Assembly: GCA_040388985.1 (NCBI GenBank)
Contig: JAZKAU010000002.1
Span: 183,642 to 247,641 of the forward strand
Direction: 5' to 3'
Source: Patescibacteria group bacterium
GTDB lineage: Bacteria; Patescibacteriota; Minisyncoccia; Phycocordibacterales; Phycocordibacteraceae
Length of the DNA stretch: 64,000 bases
In this document: positions 46,574-56,472 of the stretch, in pieces
Layout of the letters: the number at the start of each line of letters is the position of its first letter
How positions within the stretch are numbered: the first letter of the stretch is position 1
Program-made: the position numbers and the translations under genes
The notes under the pieces: generated by a model
Databases searched by the model: none
Told to the model about the DNA's origin: nothing
The model's input: the letters and a program-made list of their open reading frames with translations, nothing else

Positions 46574-47038
46574 ATGAGCATCATTACCCGACTGGGCGCC
46601 GCCGCACGTAATCGCACGACGTATCGCGTCGGCCTCCTTCAGGCACGCGCGTTTCGCGTTCTCAAGGCGCGCACCGACGAAGTTCTCGCTCCGATGGGTA
46701 TCACCTCGGCGCATTGGGCATTGCTGGGACTCCTGTTCGAGAAAGACAGCATGCGCATGACCGAGGTTGCTCTGGAGCTCGGTGTGGAAGCGCCTTTCGT
46801 GACGACGCTCATTAGCAGTCTTTCGAAGCTCAAGCTTGTCGACACTGAGCCTGACCCGGCAGACAGCCGGGCGAAACGCGTCTTCCTGACTGAGACGGGC
46901 AAGGCGTTCGTACCGAAGACCGAAGCGCATGTCCGTACGGCTATGCGCGGGCTCGTTGCCGGGACAACGGTAGGGGATCTTGCGTCGTACCTGGGAGTGC
47001 TTGAAGCTATCATCGCCAATAGCGAAGAACGTGCCTAA
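46574..47038 (+). CDS. MarR family transcriptional regulator
   Basis: ITSAHWALLGLLFEKDSMRMTEVALELGVEAPFVTTLISSLSKLKLVDTEPD wHTH. Confidence 0.7.
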   Translation: MSIITRLGAAARNRTTYRVGLLQARAFRVLKARTDEVLAPMGITSAHWALLGLLFEKDSMRMTEVALELGVEAPFVTTLISSLSKLKLVDTEPDPADSRAKRVFLTETGKAFVPKTEAHVRTAMRGLVAGTTVGDLASYLGVLEAIIANSEERA

Positions 47039-47052
47039 TATTCTGAATCACT

Positions 47053-47640
47053 ATGAGCAAAGGAATGATGATCGGTGCGGTGGTGGTAATCCTACTCGTG
47101 CTCGGCGCGCTGTATGTCCACTCTATGAAGAAGGATGCAATGATGGGTGATACTACTAACACTACCTCCATGAATGAGAACACTACAGGCGGCGTGATGG
47201 TCGGAGGAGCGCTTATGACTCCTGACCGCGATATCGTCGCGAACGCCATGAACGCGAGCAACGTTACCACGGTCGTCGCGGCCGTAAAGGCTGCCGGTCT
47301 CGTCGAGACGCTCCAGGGAGCAGGGCCGTTCACGGTCTTCGCGCCGGATAATGCGGCGTTCGAGAAGTTGCCGGCAGGAACCGTCGACATGCTGCTCAAG
47401 CCTGAGAACAAGGCGAAGCTCGTCGATATCCTCACGTACCATGTGGTCGCTGGGCGATATACGGCTGCCGACCTCAAGGACGGCATGATGCTCACAACGG
47501 TCGAAGGTAAGATGATAAAGATCGGCAAGTCCGCTAACGGCACGATCACGATAAACGGATCGGCCATGGTCGAGACGCCTGACGTGATCTCGAGCAATGG
47601 CGTGACCTTCGTCATCGACTCGGTGCTGATGCCTCAGTAG
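47053..47640 (+). CDS. fasciclin (FAS1) domain protein, membrane-anchored
   Basis: FTVFAPDNAAFEKLPAGTVDMLL...LTYHVVAG and ...SNGVTFVIDSVLMP. Confidence 0.75.
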   Translation: MSKGMMIGAVVVILLVLGALYVHSMKKDAMMGDTTNTTSMNENTTGGVMVGGALMTPDRDIVANAMNASNVTTVVAAVKAAGLVETLQGAGPFTVFAPDNAAFEKLPAGTVDMLLKPENKAKLVDILTYHVVAGRYTAADLKDGMMLTTVEGKMIKIGKSANGTITINGSAMVETPDVISSNGVTFVIDSVLMPQ

Positions 47641-47713
47641 TTTCTTTTGCGCGAAGAGGATATCGTTCCTCTTCGCAGCAAAGGATGTTACTCATCTCAT
47701 CCTTATATCTCTC

Positions 47714-48424
47714 ATGAACATCATTTTCCTCGCCACTGCCTTCGCCGCAGGACTCGTAAGCTTCCTCGCGCCGTGCGTGCTGCCTATCATCCCGGGTTTC
47801 CTCGCGTATCTGGCGGGATCGCCGTCGCCTGATTCTTTGACTAAGCGTCGTGACATATTCGTGAACAGCGTCTTCTTCGTGCTCGGCTTCTCGGTCGTGT
47901 TCGCATTGCTCGGCATTCTGCTCCAGACCGTGCTCGCGAGCGTGGGTACGGAAGTGCAGAGCTGGCTCTCGCGGCTCGGCGGCCTCGTCATCATCTTCTT
48001 CGGCATCTACCTGCTCGGGCTCATCAAGGTCGGCTATCTCGAACGGGATCACAAGGTATTGGTGCGCAAGAAGTTCTCCTCGCGCTATCTGACATCCTTC
48101 GTCTTCGGCACGGCATTCGCTGTCGGCTGGACGCCGTGTGCCGGCGCAGTGCTCGGGAGCATCCTCGGGCTCGCCGCGTCAGCACCCGTGTCCGCATTCT
48201 TCCTCCTGCTCTCGTACGCGCTCGGTCTCGGCGTACCGTTCCTGCTTGTCGGGCTCTTCACGGCACAGGCGACGGCCGCCATAGAGCGGTTCGGCGCGAA
48301 ATTCAGCTACGTGAACAAAGTGTTCGGTGCCATACTGATAGTGCTCGGCGTGCTCGTCTTCACGGAGAGCCTGTCTCTGGTGGCGAACTTCGATTTCGTT
48401 AATACCCTCATCCTCTCCCGCTAG
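47714..48424 (+). CDS. ccdA: cytochrome c biogenesis / thiol-disulfide transporter CcdA (DsbD family)
   Basis: AGLVSFLAPCVLPIIPGFLAY and a second Cys (WTPCAGAVLGSIL) in a 6-TM core. Confidence 0.75.
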   Translation: MNIIFLATAFAAGLVSFLAPCVLPIIPGFLAYLAGSPSPDSLTKRRDIFVNSVFFVLGFSVVFALLGILLQTVLASVGTEVQSWLSRLGGLVIIFFGIYLLGLIKVGYLERDHKVLVRKKFSSRYLTSFVFGTAFAVGWTPCAGAVLGSILGLAASAPVSAFFLLLSYALGLGVPFLLVGLFTAQATAAIERFGAKFSYVNKVFGAILIVLGVLVFTESLSLVANFDFVNTLILSR

Positions 48425-48427
48425 CGT

Positions 48428-49543
48428 ATGGAAACCAAGAACATCATCTCGCTCATCCTGGTCATCGCGCTCGTCGTAGGCGCTATAGCCTACCTCGAAC
48501 ATGCAAAGCCCAAGCATGCCGCATCGTCCGCAAACGCCGCCTTCGTGACGCACGATCCGTCGGTACAGACGAAGGACTACGCGCAGAAGTCCCTGGAGTA
48601 CCACCTCGCCAAAGAGCTCGTACATCCGGATGGCTACCTGAACACGCCGGCCTCGACGACCATACAGTCGTTCATAGGCAAGAAGGTCATCCTCGTGGAT
48701 TTCTGGACCTATAGCTGCATAAACTGCCAACGCACCCTGCCGTATCTCACGAGCTGGTACGGGAAATATAAGGATGCCGGCCTCGTCATCATCGGCGTGC
48801 ATACGCCCGAGTTCGACTTCGAGAAGAACAAGGATAACGTCGCGATGGCGCTGAAGAAATACGGAATCGACTACCCGGTCGTGCTCGATAACGAATACGC
48901 GACCTGGGATGCCTACGGGAATCAGTATTGGCCGGAACACTATCTCATAGATATAAACGGCCTTGTCGTCGACCGTCATATCGGAGAGGGAGGATATGAC
49001 GATACGGAGAAGCTCATCCAGCAGCTCCTTGCCGAGCGTAAGCAGGTGCTCGGCGAGACGGGCGAGGTTCCCACAGGACTCGTCGCTCCAGGCGAAGCCA
49101 TCGCCGCCGGAAGTCCTGAGACCTACTTCGGCTGGTCACGCAACGAGTTCCTCGGGAACGGAAAGCAGAACACAGCAGGCGAGCAGACACTTACGCGTCC
49201 TGCGCTCGTAGCGCCCAACACGCTCTTCCTTACGGGTACGTGGAACTTCGCGAAAGAGTCAGCGACTACTGTCTCTGCAGATGCTGGGGTTATCTACTCC
49301 TATGACGCCAAGCACGTGTATCTCGTCGCGAGCTCAGAGAAAGGCGCGGTGGTGACCGTCATGCGCGACGGCGTACCGATAGGAGCTAGCGAGCGCGGAG
49401 AAGACGTAGACGCCCAGGGGCAGGTACACATACAGGAGCCCCGCCTCTATAAGCTCATCAACGAGAAGGAGGAAGGTGCGCATACTATAGAACTACGGGT
49501 CCAGACTCCCGGACTTGAAGCCTTCACATTCACGTTCGGATGA
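48428..49543 (+). CDS. membrane-anchored thioredoxin-fold redoxin (TlpA/ResA-like) with extra C-terminal domain
   Basis: VILVDFWTYSCINCQRTLPYL (CxxC) and a redoxin fold, plus a C-terminal region of about 170 aa. Confidence 0.7.
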   Translation: METKNIISLILVIALVVGAIAYLEHAKPKHAASSANAAFVTHDPSVQTKDYAQKSLEYHLAKELVHPDGYLNTPASTTIQSFIGKKVILVDFWTYSCINCQRTLPYLTSWYGKYKDAGLVIIGVHTPEFDFEKNKDNVAMALKKYGIDYPVVLDNEYATWDAYGNQYWPEHYLIDINGLVVDRHIGEGGYDDTEKLIQQLLAERKQVLGETGEVPTGLVAPGEAIAAGSPETYFGWSRNEFLGNGKQNTAGEQTLTRPALVAPNTLFLTGTWNFAKESATTVSADAGVIYSYDAKHVYLVASSEKGAVVTVMRDGVPIGASERGEDVDAQGQVHIQEPRLYKLINEKEEGAHTIELRVQTPGLEAFTFTFG

Positions 49544-49604
49544 TCGTATCGACGCCGAGCCACCTGGCATACGTTCAAGATACTCCCTAGGATATACTGA
49601 ATAT

Positions 49605-50147
49605 ATGAAGGCAATCCTTATTCCGGGGAACGGCGGCGGGACGCCGCAGGATAACTGGTTTCCGTATCTGGAGCGCGAGCTTCCGAAGCTTGGTATCGCT
49701 GTTATCAATACTCAGTTCCCTGATCCTGAACTAGCCCGGAAGGAATTCTGGCTCCCATTCATCGCAGGACTCGGCGCAGACGAGGAAACGATACTCATCG
49801 GTCACTCAACCGGAGCCGTTGCCGCGCTTCGGTATGCACAAGAACATAAGATTCTGGGTTCTGTCCTGGTAGGTGCCTCTTATACCGATCTCGGGTACGA
49901 GTCAGAGAGAGAAGGCCAGTACTTTGACGATCCGTGGGATTGGCAGACCATACAGAATAACCAAAGGTGGATCATCGAGTTCGCTTCCACGGATGATCCG
50001 TTCATTCCGATAGAAGAATCACGATTCATTCATGAAAGTCTCGCTACTTACTATCACGAATACACGGAGAAGGGGCACTTCGGACACGGCGATACTCCCT
50101 TGCTTGAGTTTCCGGAATTGGTAGAGGCAATAGCCGGAAAGCTGTAG
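49605..50147 (+). CDS. RBBP9/YdeN-like serine hydrolase (alpha/beta)
   Basis: ILIPGNGGG..., GHSTGA nucleophile elbow, ...DDPFIP...HFGH; the ATG at 49605 avoids overlap with the upstream gene. Confidence 0.6.
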   Translation: MKAILIPGNGGGTPQDNWFPYLERELPKLGIAVINTQFPDPELARKEFWLPFIAGLGADEETILIGHSTGAVAALRYAQEHKILGSVLVGASYTDLGYESEREGQYFDDPWDWQTIQNNQRWIIEFASTDDPFIPIEESRFIHESLATYYHEYTEKGHFGHGDTPLLEFPELVEAIAGKL

Positions 50148-50151
50148 AGCG

Positions 50152-50739
50152 ATGAAGCCGATCCTCTTCATTGATTTTGACGGGACGCTCTGCCATGACC
50201 GCTTCTGGCGTAGTCTTCCGAAAGAGGAGTACGAGAAGACTCGGGAACTGCTCTTCTCGGACGACAAGACGTATGTGAGGGAATGGATGAAAGGGAAACA
50301 TACGGCAGAAGAAGTAAATGAGAAGCTTGCCGAGCATCTCGGTATCCCGTTTGAAGTGCTATGGAACGTATTCGTGCAGGATGCCAAGACTATGCGTGTC
50401 TCTAAAGAGGTGCTCGAAGCCATAGGACGCCTTCGGAGCAGGTACACGACCGTTCTGCTTACTGTGAACATGGACAGCTTCTCGAGATTCACCGTTCCTG
50501 CGCTCGGCCTGGACGGCTACTTCGACGCGATCAGCAATTCTTACTATGAAGGGAAATTCAAGGTCGATAACGGCGGCGAGATATTCAGAGAATATCTCGA
50601 TAGGTTTTCCGCTCCTCTGGCGACCAGCGTCCTCATAGACGACTCGCTCGATGCTTGCGAGACCTTCAGATCGCTCGGTGGTATCGCGCATCCGGTAACT
50701 CCTGAAAAGGATCTCGCGTACTACGTTCAGAAGCTCTAA
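50152..50739 (+). CDS. HAD-superfamily hydrolase
   Basis: ILFIDFDGTLCHD (DxDGT motif I) ... LIDDSLDACE (motif IV). Confidence 0.65.
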   Translation: MKPILFIDFDGTLCHDRFWRSLPKEEYEKTRELLFSDDKTYVREWMKGKHTAEEVNEKLAEHLGIPFEVLWNVFVQDAKTMRVSKEVLEAIGRLRSRYTTVLLTVNMDSFSRFTVPALGLDGYFDAISNSYYEGKFKVDNGGEIFREYLDRFSAPLATSVLIDDSLDACETFRSLGGIAHPVTPEKDLAYYVQKL

Positions 50740-50744
50740 GGTAT

Positions 50745-51179
50745 ATGAAAGTCAGGTTCCGAAAGGGCTATATCTTGCTTATAACCCCGAGCCTTGTCCG
50801 TTTCCTAGGTACTCTCACCACAGGTGAGAGCTATGCAAAAGGATTCGCTCTCTTCCCGTTCATCGGTGTTACGAAAGAGGAATTCATGCAGCCATGGCTC
50901 ATCAATCACGAGCTGATTCACTTCCGGCAATCTCTCGAATTACTTTTCGTGGGCCACATGCTCCTTTCGTTCGTGGAGAGAATTTACGCTCGCTTCGTTC
51001 TCAAGATGAACAAGATGGAGCGGTATCTGTATGCGGCTGCTGAGCAAGAAGCGTATCGGAATCAGCATGACCCGGAGTATCTCAAGAATCGGAAACCTTG
51101 GTCAGTCTTTTGGTATGTGAGGAACAAGAGGGAATTCACTTTTGGAGAGAAGTTGGGAGATATCGTATATCTGGATTAA
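50745..51179 (+). CDS. hypothetical protein with HExxH motif (possible metallopeptidase-like)
   Basis: NHELIHFRQ, with a downstream E..AY; low GC. Confidence 0.35.
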   Translation: MKVRFRKGYILLITPSLVRFLGTLTTGESYAKGFALFPFIGVTKEEFMQPWLINHELIHFRQSLELLFVGHMLLSFVERIYARFVLKMNKMERYLYAAAEQEAYRNQHDPEYLKNRKPWSVFWYVRNKREFTFGEKLGDIVYLD

Positions 51180-51271
51180 GTCTTGGCAGGGAAGGGTCTT
51201 GGTGGGTCGAATCTATTGACCTTAACCACCTCTTCATATAAGATTAGGTAATCTAACTATTAGATACTGAA

Positions 51272-51691
51272 ATGAAAGACACGACCAAGAATAGCCTGTC
51301 CGAGCTGCTACTCGCGCTTCGCAGGAAGATAAACGAGAGCGTGAAGGAGAAAGGCCTTAAGGACGAGCTTACGGTGTCGCAATTCGAAGTGCTCTGGTTC
51401 ATCGGCCCTGCGGGCCGCAAGAGCATGGAGAGTATCGCCACCTATCTCAACATCAAGCCGCCGTCCGTGACCGTGCTCATCGATAAGCTCGAGAAGGCAG
51501 GACTGGTCACGCGCGAGAAGGACGGTGAGGATCGCCGCATAATCCACATCGTGCTTACCGAGAAGACGAAGCAGCAGCTTGTCGCCTTCAAGGAAAAGAA
51601 GGAAGCGGTCTTCAACGAACTTCTCTCCCGGCTTTCTTCCAAGGACGCCCAAGAGCTTGAGCGCATCCTTCTGCTCTTAATAGCCCCGTAG
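51272..51691 (+). CDS. MarR family transcriptional regulator
   Basis: LTVSQFEVLWFIGPAGRKSMESIATYLNIKPPSVTVLIDKLEKAGLVTREKD. Confidence 0.75.
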   Translation: MKDTTKNSLSELLLALRRKINESVKEKGLKDELTVSQFEVLWFIGPAGRKSMESIATYLNIKPPSVTVLIDKLEKAGLVTREKDGEDRRIIHIVLTEKTKQQLVAFKEKKEAVFNELLSRLSSKDAQELERILLLLIAP

Positions 51692-51709
51692 TCATCCACC
51701 CAGATACAC

Positions 51710-52990
51710 ATGAAACACGCCGTATTTACATTCTTGAATAAGCCTGCGCTCGTCGCCGGACTCTCGCTCGTCGTCGCGGTTGCCATAGGTGCAGCGGTTG
51801 CCGTAGCTGGTAATGCTTCGCGCACGCCGCAGTTCGTCCTTGCTGCTCCTGGCTCTATCTCGGTGGGCGGACAGAACACTTCAACCTCTTCCGTGCAGAG
51901 CCTGACGCTCGGCTTCCTCGCTGGCGGACGGATACAGGACGTGTCGGTGAAGGCAGGGGATGCGGTCAAGAAGGATCAGGTTCTCGCTACGCTCGACCCT
52001 GAGAACACGGCGGGAGCCATCACGCAGGCTCGTGCAGCGTATGCACTTGCTACTGCTGCGTATCAGAAAGTGGTGAACGGCGCTACGGGCCCTGCCATCG
52101 ACGCCGCCAAAGCCACGGTGAACACGGCAGCGGTCAATCTTCAACAGGTAACCCGTCAGCAGGAGGTTGCGGTGGCAAATGCGTACACCAGCCTCCTTAA
52201 TGCGACGCCGCAGGCGCTCACGAATAATCCGGGAAACCTCGATGACGCGCCGCCTACCATCACGGGCAGCTATACGCTCGGCAAGGAGGGCGACATCATC
52301 GTCGAGACCTACGGCTCCGGAGCGGATTCAGGCGTATCCTTCCGCGTGTCGGGGTTGGTGACGGGCGGCGGCTCGGTCACTACGCTCACGCCTGAAGCCC
52401 TTGGTAATTCCGGCCTCTATATACAGTTTCCTGAAGGAGCTCGTGCTGGCCGTACGTGGATAATCTCCCTCCCGAACACCAAGGCTCCGGATTACATCAC
52501 TAAGTACAACGCGTATCAGGCCGCGCTGCAGGCGCACGACCAGGTCATAGCGAGCGCGAAGGCTGCTCTCGACCAGGCGCAGTCGAATCTGGGTGTCGTC
52601 GTGCAAGCTGCGCGTCCCGAGGATGTCGCAGCGGCGCAGGCGCAGGTACAGAGCGCGCAAGGCGCGCTCCAGATAGCGCAAGCCGCGTATGACGCGCGCG
52701 TCATACGCGCTCCCGGCGACGGAACCGTGACCGCAGTTCATATCACACCGGGACAGATAGCGGCTCCGAACGCGCCTGCTATCGATCTTTCCGGAACGTC
52801 ATTCGCTAAGAGCGTGGCGGTCATGGTGCCGAGCAGCGCGATAGTCGATCGCGATGGAAAGAAGTACGTGGAGGTTAAGACAGCCACCGGCGTAGAAGAG
52901 CGCGAGATCACGACCGGTATCAGTGACGCTACTGATACCGAAGTAGTAAGCGGCCTCTCCGCGGGCGAGTCGGTAGCTGTTTCGCAATAA
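51710..52990 (+). CDS. efflux periplasmic adaptor (HlyD/MFP family)
   Basis: Signal/TM; biotinyl-lipoyl-like hairpin (GGRIQDVSVKAGDAVKKDQVLATLD ... RVIRAPGDGTVTAVHITPGQ); coiled-coil. Confidence 0.65.
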   Translation: MKHAVFTFLNKPALVAGLSLVVAVAIGAAVAVAGNASRTPQFVLAAPGSISVGGQNTSTSSVQSLTLGFLAGGRIQDVSVKAGDAVKKDQVLATLDPENTAGAITQARAAYALATAAYQKVVNGATGPAIDAAKATVNTAAVNLQQVTRQQEVAVANAYTSLLNATPQALTNNPGNLDDAPPTITGSYTLGKEGDIIVETYGSGADSGVSFRVSGLVTGGGSVTTLTPEALGNSGLYIQFPEGARAGRTWIISLPNTKAPDYITKYNAYQAALQAHDQVIASAKAALDQAQSNLGVVVQAARPEDVAAAQAQVQSAQGALQIAQAAYDARVIRAPGDGTVTAVHITPGQIAAPNAPAIDLSGTSFAKSVAVMVPSSAIVDRDGKKYVEVKTATGVEEREITTGISDATDTEVVSGLSAGESVAVSQ

Positions 52991-53010
52991 GGCTTGAATA
53001 ATCTCTATCT

Positions 53011-53652
53011 ATGAATACTGAACAAAAGGAAAAGACGGGCGTATTCAAGAAGCCGTGGGTGCAGAGCCTCATCGCTGTGGTCGTCATATTCGGCGCGCTC
53101 GGCGGCTTCCTCTACTGGCAGTCAGCAGCGAACACCATTGCCATAGACGACTCGTATCTCGATGCGCCTATCGCGAACATCGCGCCGTCTGCTCCGGGTG
53201 CTCTGAACCAACTCTTCGTGAAGGAAGGCGACCGCATAGCTGCGAGCTCGCCGGTGGCGGTTGTTGGTTCCGAGACGCTCTACGCGAAGGAGGGCGGCAT
53301 CATCGCCTCCGCACCGAACGTCGTCGGTTCGTATTTCGCCCCTGGCCAGACGGTGGTCTCGGTCATCGCGGACCAGAAGATGCGCGTCATCGGTTCCATC
53401 GACGAGACGAAAGGCCTGAGCCGGATCGCGCCCGGACAGAAGGTGACATTCACGGTCGACGCCTTCTCCGGAAAGACCTATCAAGGAGTGGTCGACGAAG
53501 TGAGCCCTGCCTCAAGCGACACCGGCATCGCCTTCTCTATATCCGACAAGCGGCCGGTGAAGAAGTTCGATGTGTATATGCGCTTCGACGCGTCAGCATA
53601 TCCAGAACTTAAATCCGGTATGTCCGCGAAGGCGCGCATCCACCTCAAATAA
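53011..53652 (+). CDS. efflux membrane fusion protein (EmrA-like HlyD family)
   Basis: TM, then LFVKEGDRIAASSPVAVV ... IDETKGLSRIAPGQKVTFTVDAF; precedes the MFS pump. Confidence 0.65.
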   Translation: MNTEQKEKTGVFKKPWVQSLIAVVVIFGALGGFLYWQSAANTIAIDDSYLDAPIANIAPSAPGALNQLFVKEGDRIAASSPVAVVGSETLYAKEGGIIASAPNVVGSYFAPGQTVVSVIADQKMRVIGSIDETKGLSRIAPGQKVTFTVDAFSGKTYQGVVDEVSPASSDTGIAFSISDKRPVKKFDVYMRFDASAYPELKSGMSAKARIHLK

Positions 53653-53655
53653 TCC

Positions 53656-55170
53656 ATGGCAGTCGGGGACACGAACGCTCCGTCAGGACACTCGCCGTGG
53701 ATGGTACTGGCTACCGTGATGGTGGGGACGCTCCTCATCGGGCTCGACCGTACCGTCGTGAACCTCGGCCTTCCGGGGATGATAAGCGACTTCCACATTA
53801 CGGTGTCGAATGCCGGATGGATAGCTACGGGCTACATCATCTCGAATGCCGTCTTCGTACCGGTCTTCGGAAAGCTCGGCGACAAGGTCGGGAATCGTAA
53901 TATCTACTTCTGGGCCTTCATCGGCTTCATTGTCTCGTCGGTGGCTGCAGGAGCTGCATGGAACCTTCCGTCGATGGTCGTCTTCCGCGTCTTGCAGGGA
54001 CTGGTCGGTGCTGCGATCTACCCGACCGCGATGGCGCTCATCGCCCGCACCTTCACGGACCCGAACGCCCGTACGCAGGCACTCGGCATATGGTCGGCCT
54101 CGTTCGCTGTCTCGGCCGTTCTGGGTCCGCTCATCGGCGGTCCGCTTATCGATAATTTCTCGTGGCGCTGGCTCTTTTATATAAATCTTCCGGTGGGCAT
54201 CCTCGGCATCTTTATGACGCTTGCGTATCTTCCGCATGATAAGCCCGCAGATACCGTCCCCGGCTTCGATTATAAGGGCGCGGTCGCCCTCGGCGTCGCG
54301 CTCTCCGCGCTCGTCCTCGTCCTTGATCGGGGAAGCGAGTGGGGATGGATGTCGCTCGCCAGTATGCTCGCCTATGCGGTGGTAGTCGTCTTCAGCATCA
54401 TCTTCTACTTCATTGAGAAATACGAGAAAGATCCCGTCGTCGACCTCAAGCTCTTCACTAATCCCATATTCTCGAACATCCTCATCCTCTCCTTCCTGTC
54501 GTTTGGCGGCATGATGGGAGCGATGTTCCTGCTGCCGGTCTTCGCGCAGACATACCTAGGCTTCAACGCGACCCAGACCGGCCTTCTCTTCGTGCCGATG
54601 GCGCTTACCATGCTCATCTCTGCTCCGCTCGGCGGCCGCTTGTCGCGTGTGATACGCCTGCGCTACTTGGTCGCCTTCGGCATGGGGCTTGCAGCCTTCG
54701 GCATCTATCTCTTCTCCGGGCTCGACGTGAAGACCAATGAGCTTGATCTCATGCTGCCGCTTGTTGTCTTCGCTGCGGGGCTGGGCCTTGGCCTTGCGCC
54801 TATGACGGCCGCCGCGACCAATGCGGTCGCGGCGAACGAAGTGGGCGTCTCGTCCGCCGTCCTTAATCTCGTACGCAATATCGCAGGCGCCGTAGGTATC
54901 GCCTTCTTCGGCACTATACTCACCAGCATCATCGGCTCGAACGTCATACGCATCGGGCAGGATGCGATCATTCACACTACTAACCCGCAGATGCTGCAGA
55001 CCATCAGCACGCTCATCATCCTCAAGGCGCAAGTAGACGCCTACGCGGAGGTCTTCCTTATCGCCTCAGGCATCATGGCGCTCGGCGTCATCGCCTCGCT
55101 CTTCCTGAACGAGCCGACGCCTCGGACCGTTCCTCCAGGCGACTCCGCAGCGTCACTGGCAATCCATTAA
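53656..55170 (+). CDS. MFS multidrug efflux transporter (DHA2/EmrB-like, 14 TM)
   Basis: GLDRTVVNLGLPGM motif A region; 504 aa; operon with the adaptors and MarR. Confidence 0.75.
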   Translation: MAVGDTNAPSGHSPWMVLATVMVGTLLIGLDRTVVNLGLPGMISDFHITVSNAGWIATGYIISNAVFVPVFGKLGDKVGNRNIYFWAFIGFIVSSVAAGAAWNLPSMVVFRVLQGLVGAAIYPTAMALIARTFTDPNARTQALGIWSASFAVSAVLGPLIGGPLIDNFSWRWLFYINLPVGILGIFMTLAYLPHDKPADTVPGFDYKGAVALGVALSALVLVLDRGSEWGWMSLASMLAYAVVVVFSIIFYFIEKYEKDPVVDLKLFTNPIFSNILILSFLSFGGMMGAMFLLPVFAQTYLGFNATQTGLLFVPMALTMLISAPLGGRLSRVIRLRYLVAFGMGLAAFGIYLFSGLDVKTNELDLMLPLVVFAAGLGLGLAPMTAAATNAVAANEVGVSSAVLNLVRNIAGAVGIAFFGTILTSIIGSNVIRIGQDAIIHTTNPQMLQTISTLIILKAQVDAYAEVFLIASGIMALGVIASLFLNEPTPRTVPPGDSAASLAIH

Positions 55171-55198
55171 TTATGACGGAGTGTTCTACTGATCTTAC

Positions 55199-56320
55199 CT
55201 AGAATAAAGGAATCAAATTCCCGTCTTTGACCACCTCGATCTTCACGGGCGTGGTGTCGATCGCATGGTCCTTATTGAAGGAGACGGTGCCGCTCGGCGT
55301 CTCGAATGAATGCGTGGCGAGGTAGGGAGCTACGTCAGCTAGATTCTTGGTGGCAGCTATAGCGTGCGCCATCACGTAGATGCTTTCATAGCTCTTCTCC
55401 GCCGTGTGGGTCGCAAGAACTCCATAGCGCTTCTGGTAGAGCTGCTGGAAACGGGCAGAGCTTGATTCCCAGTCGAGTACGACCACTCCCTCAAGAAGGG
55501 TCTTGTCCGCGGTCGGCGCTCCGAACGAGTCGATGATACCGTAGTAGCTTATGACGGTCGGATGGTAATCGAGATTTCGCGCCTGGGTCAGGAAGGTCAC
55601 CGGATCGATGTCGACCATATCGAGGAATACGGCATCGACGCCTTCCTGCTTGAGCTTGATGATGGTAGTCCGGAAATCATTATTACCGATCGACGTGTAG
55701 GCGTCGTCGACGATAGGACCGCGATCAAGCTCCGTCATCGTGGCTCCGAGCGTCGTCGCGATCTGCGTCCCGAATGTTGACTTGAAGTGGACGACAGCTA
55801 GTTTCTGTATAGGACTTTGCGCGAGGTATGGCTTCAGACCCACGATGACTTTGCTGAAATCAGGCATGAGCACGAAACTATTTCCCGAAGGTTCGAGGCC
55901 GCCCGGTATGCGCAGGTTTGCGGGAGATATGAAGGCGACATGCTCCGAGTCAGCGACCGGGAAGAGGGGAATGGTGGCGAAGTCGAAGTTTCCGCCGACG
56001 ATGCCCGCGATTCCGTCAGCATCCACGAGCTTCCTGAAGGCCGAGATGCCAGTCGCCGGAGTGGTAGCATCGTCTTCTACCGTAAGCGATACAGGACGGC
56101 CGTCGATACCGCCGTTCGCATTTATCTCGTCTATGGCTATCTGCATCGCGTTACGTGCGGGTTCACCGTAGCTCGCGGCGATGCCTGTAAGGGAGAGGAC
56201 TGCGCCTATCTTGATAGGATTCTCGCTTGAGACGGCCTTGGTCCCGCTTCCGTGATGAATGAGCCATGCGCCTGCTGCGATGACGAGTATGAGACCCAAG
56301 ATCCCGAGTGCTTTTTTCAT
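55199..56320 (-). CDS. ABC transporter substrate-binding lipoprotein (LivK/branched-chain amino-acid type), orphan
   Basis: Lipobox-like N-terminus; IKIGAVLSLTGIAASYGEPARNAMQIAIDEINANGGIDGRPV type-I PBP. Confidence 0.65.
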   Translation of the reverse strand: MKKALGILGLILVIAAGAWLIHHGSGTKAVSSENPIKIGAVLSLTGIAASYGEPARNAMQIAIDEINANGGIDGRPVSLTVEDDATTPATGISAFRKLVDADGIAGIVGGNFDFATIPLFPVADSEHVAFISPANLRIPGGLEPSGNSFVLMPDFSKVIVGLKPYLAQSPIQKLAVVHFKSTFGTQIATTLGATMTELDRGPIVDDAYTSIGNNDFRTTIIKLKQEGVDAVFLDMVDIDPVTFLTQARNLDYHPTVISYYGIIDSFGAPTADKTLLEGVVVLDWESSSARFQQLYQKRYGVLATHTAEKSYESIYVMAHAIAATKNLADVAPYLATHSFETPSGTVSFNKDHAIDTTPVKIEVVKDGNLIPLF

Positions 56321-56450
56321 GTAGTAAGAATCAGATGCGGCTAATGACCAGCAGTATGCGACGCATAATCAAAACGTCAACGAATAGTCATGATTCTATT
56401 TCCAATGAATGACGACCAAATAGCTTGATATATAAGAATAAGGAAGTATA

Positions 56451-56472
56451 TTAGTCATATATATATGACTAA
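56451..56472. promoter_or_regulatory. 22-bp perfect palindrome TTAGTCATATATATATGACTAA spanning the start codon of the TrmB-like gene (putative autoregulatory operator)
   Basis: Perfect dyad centred at 56461/56462; the ATG at 56465 lies within it; a related half-site AATAGTCATGA occurs at 56384-56394. Confidence 0.45.
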
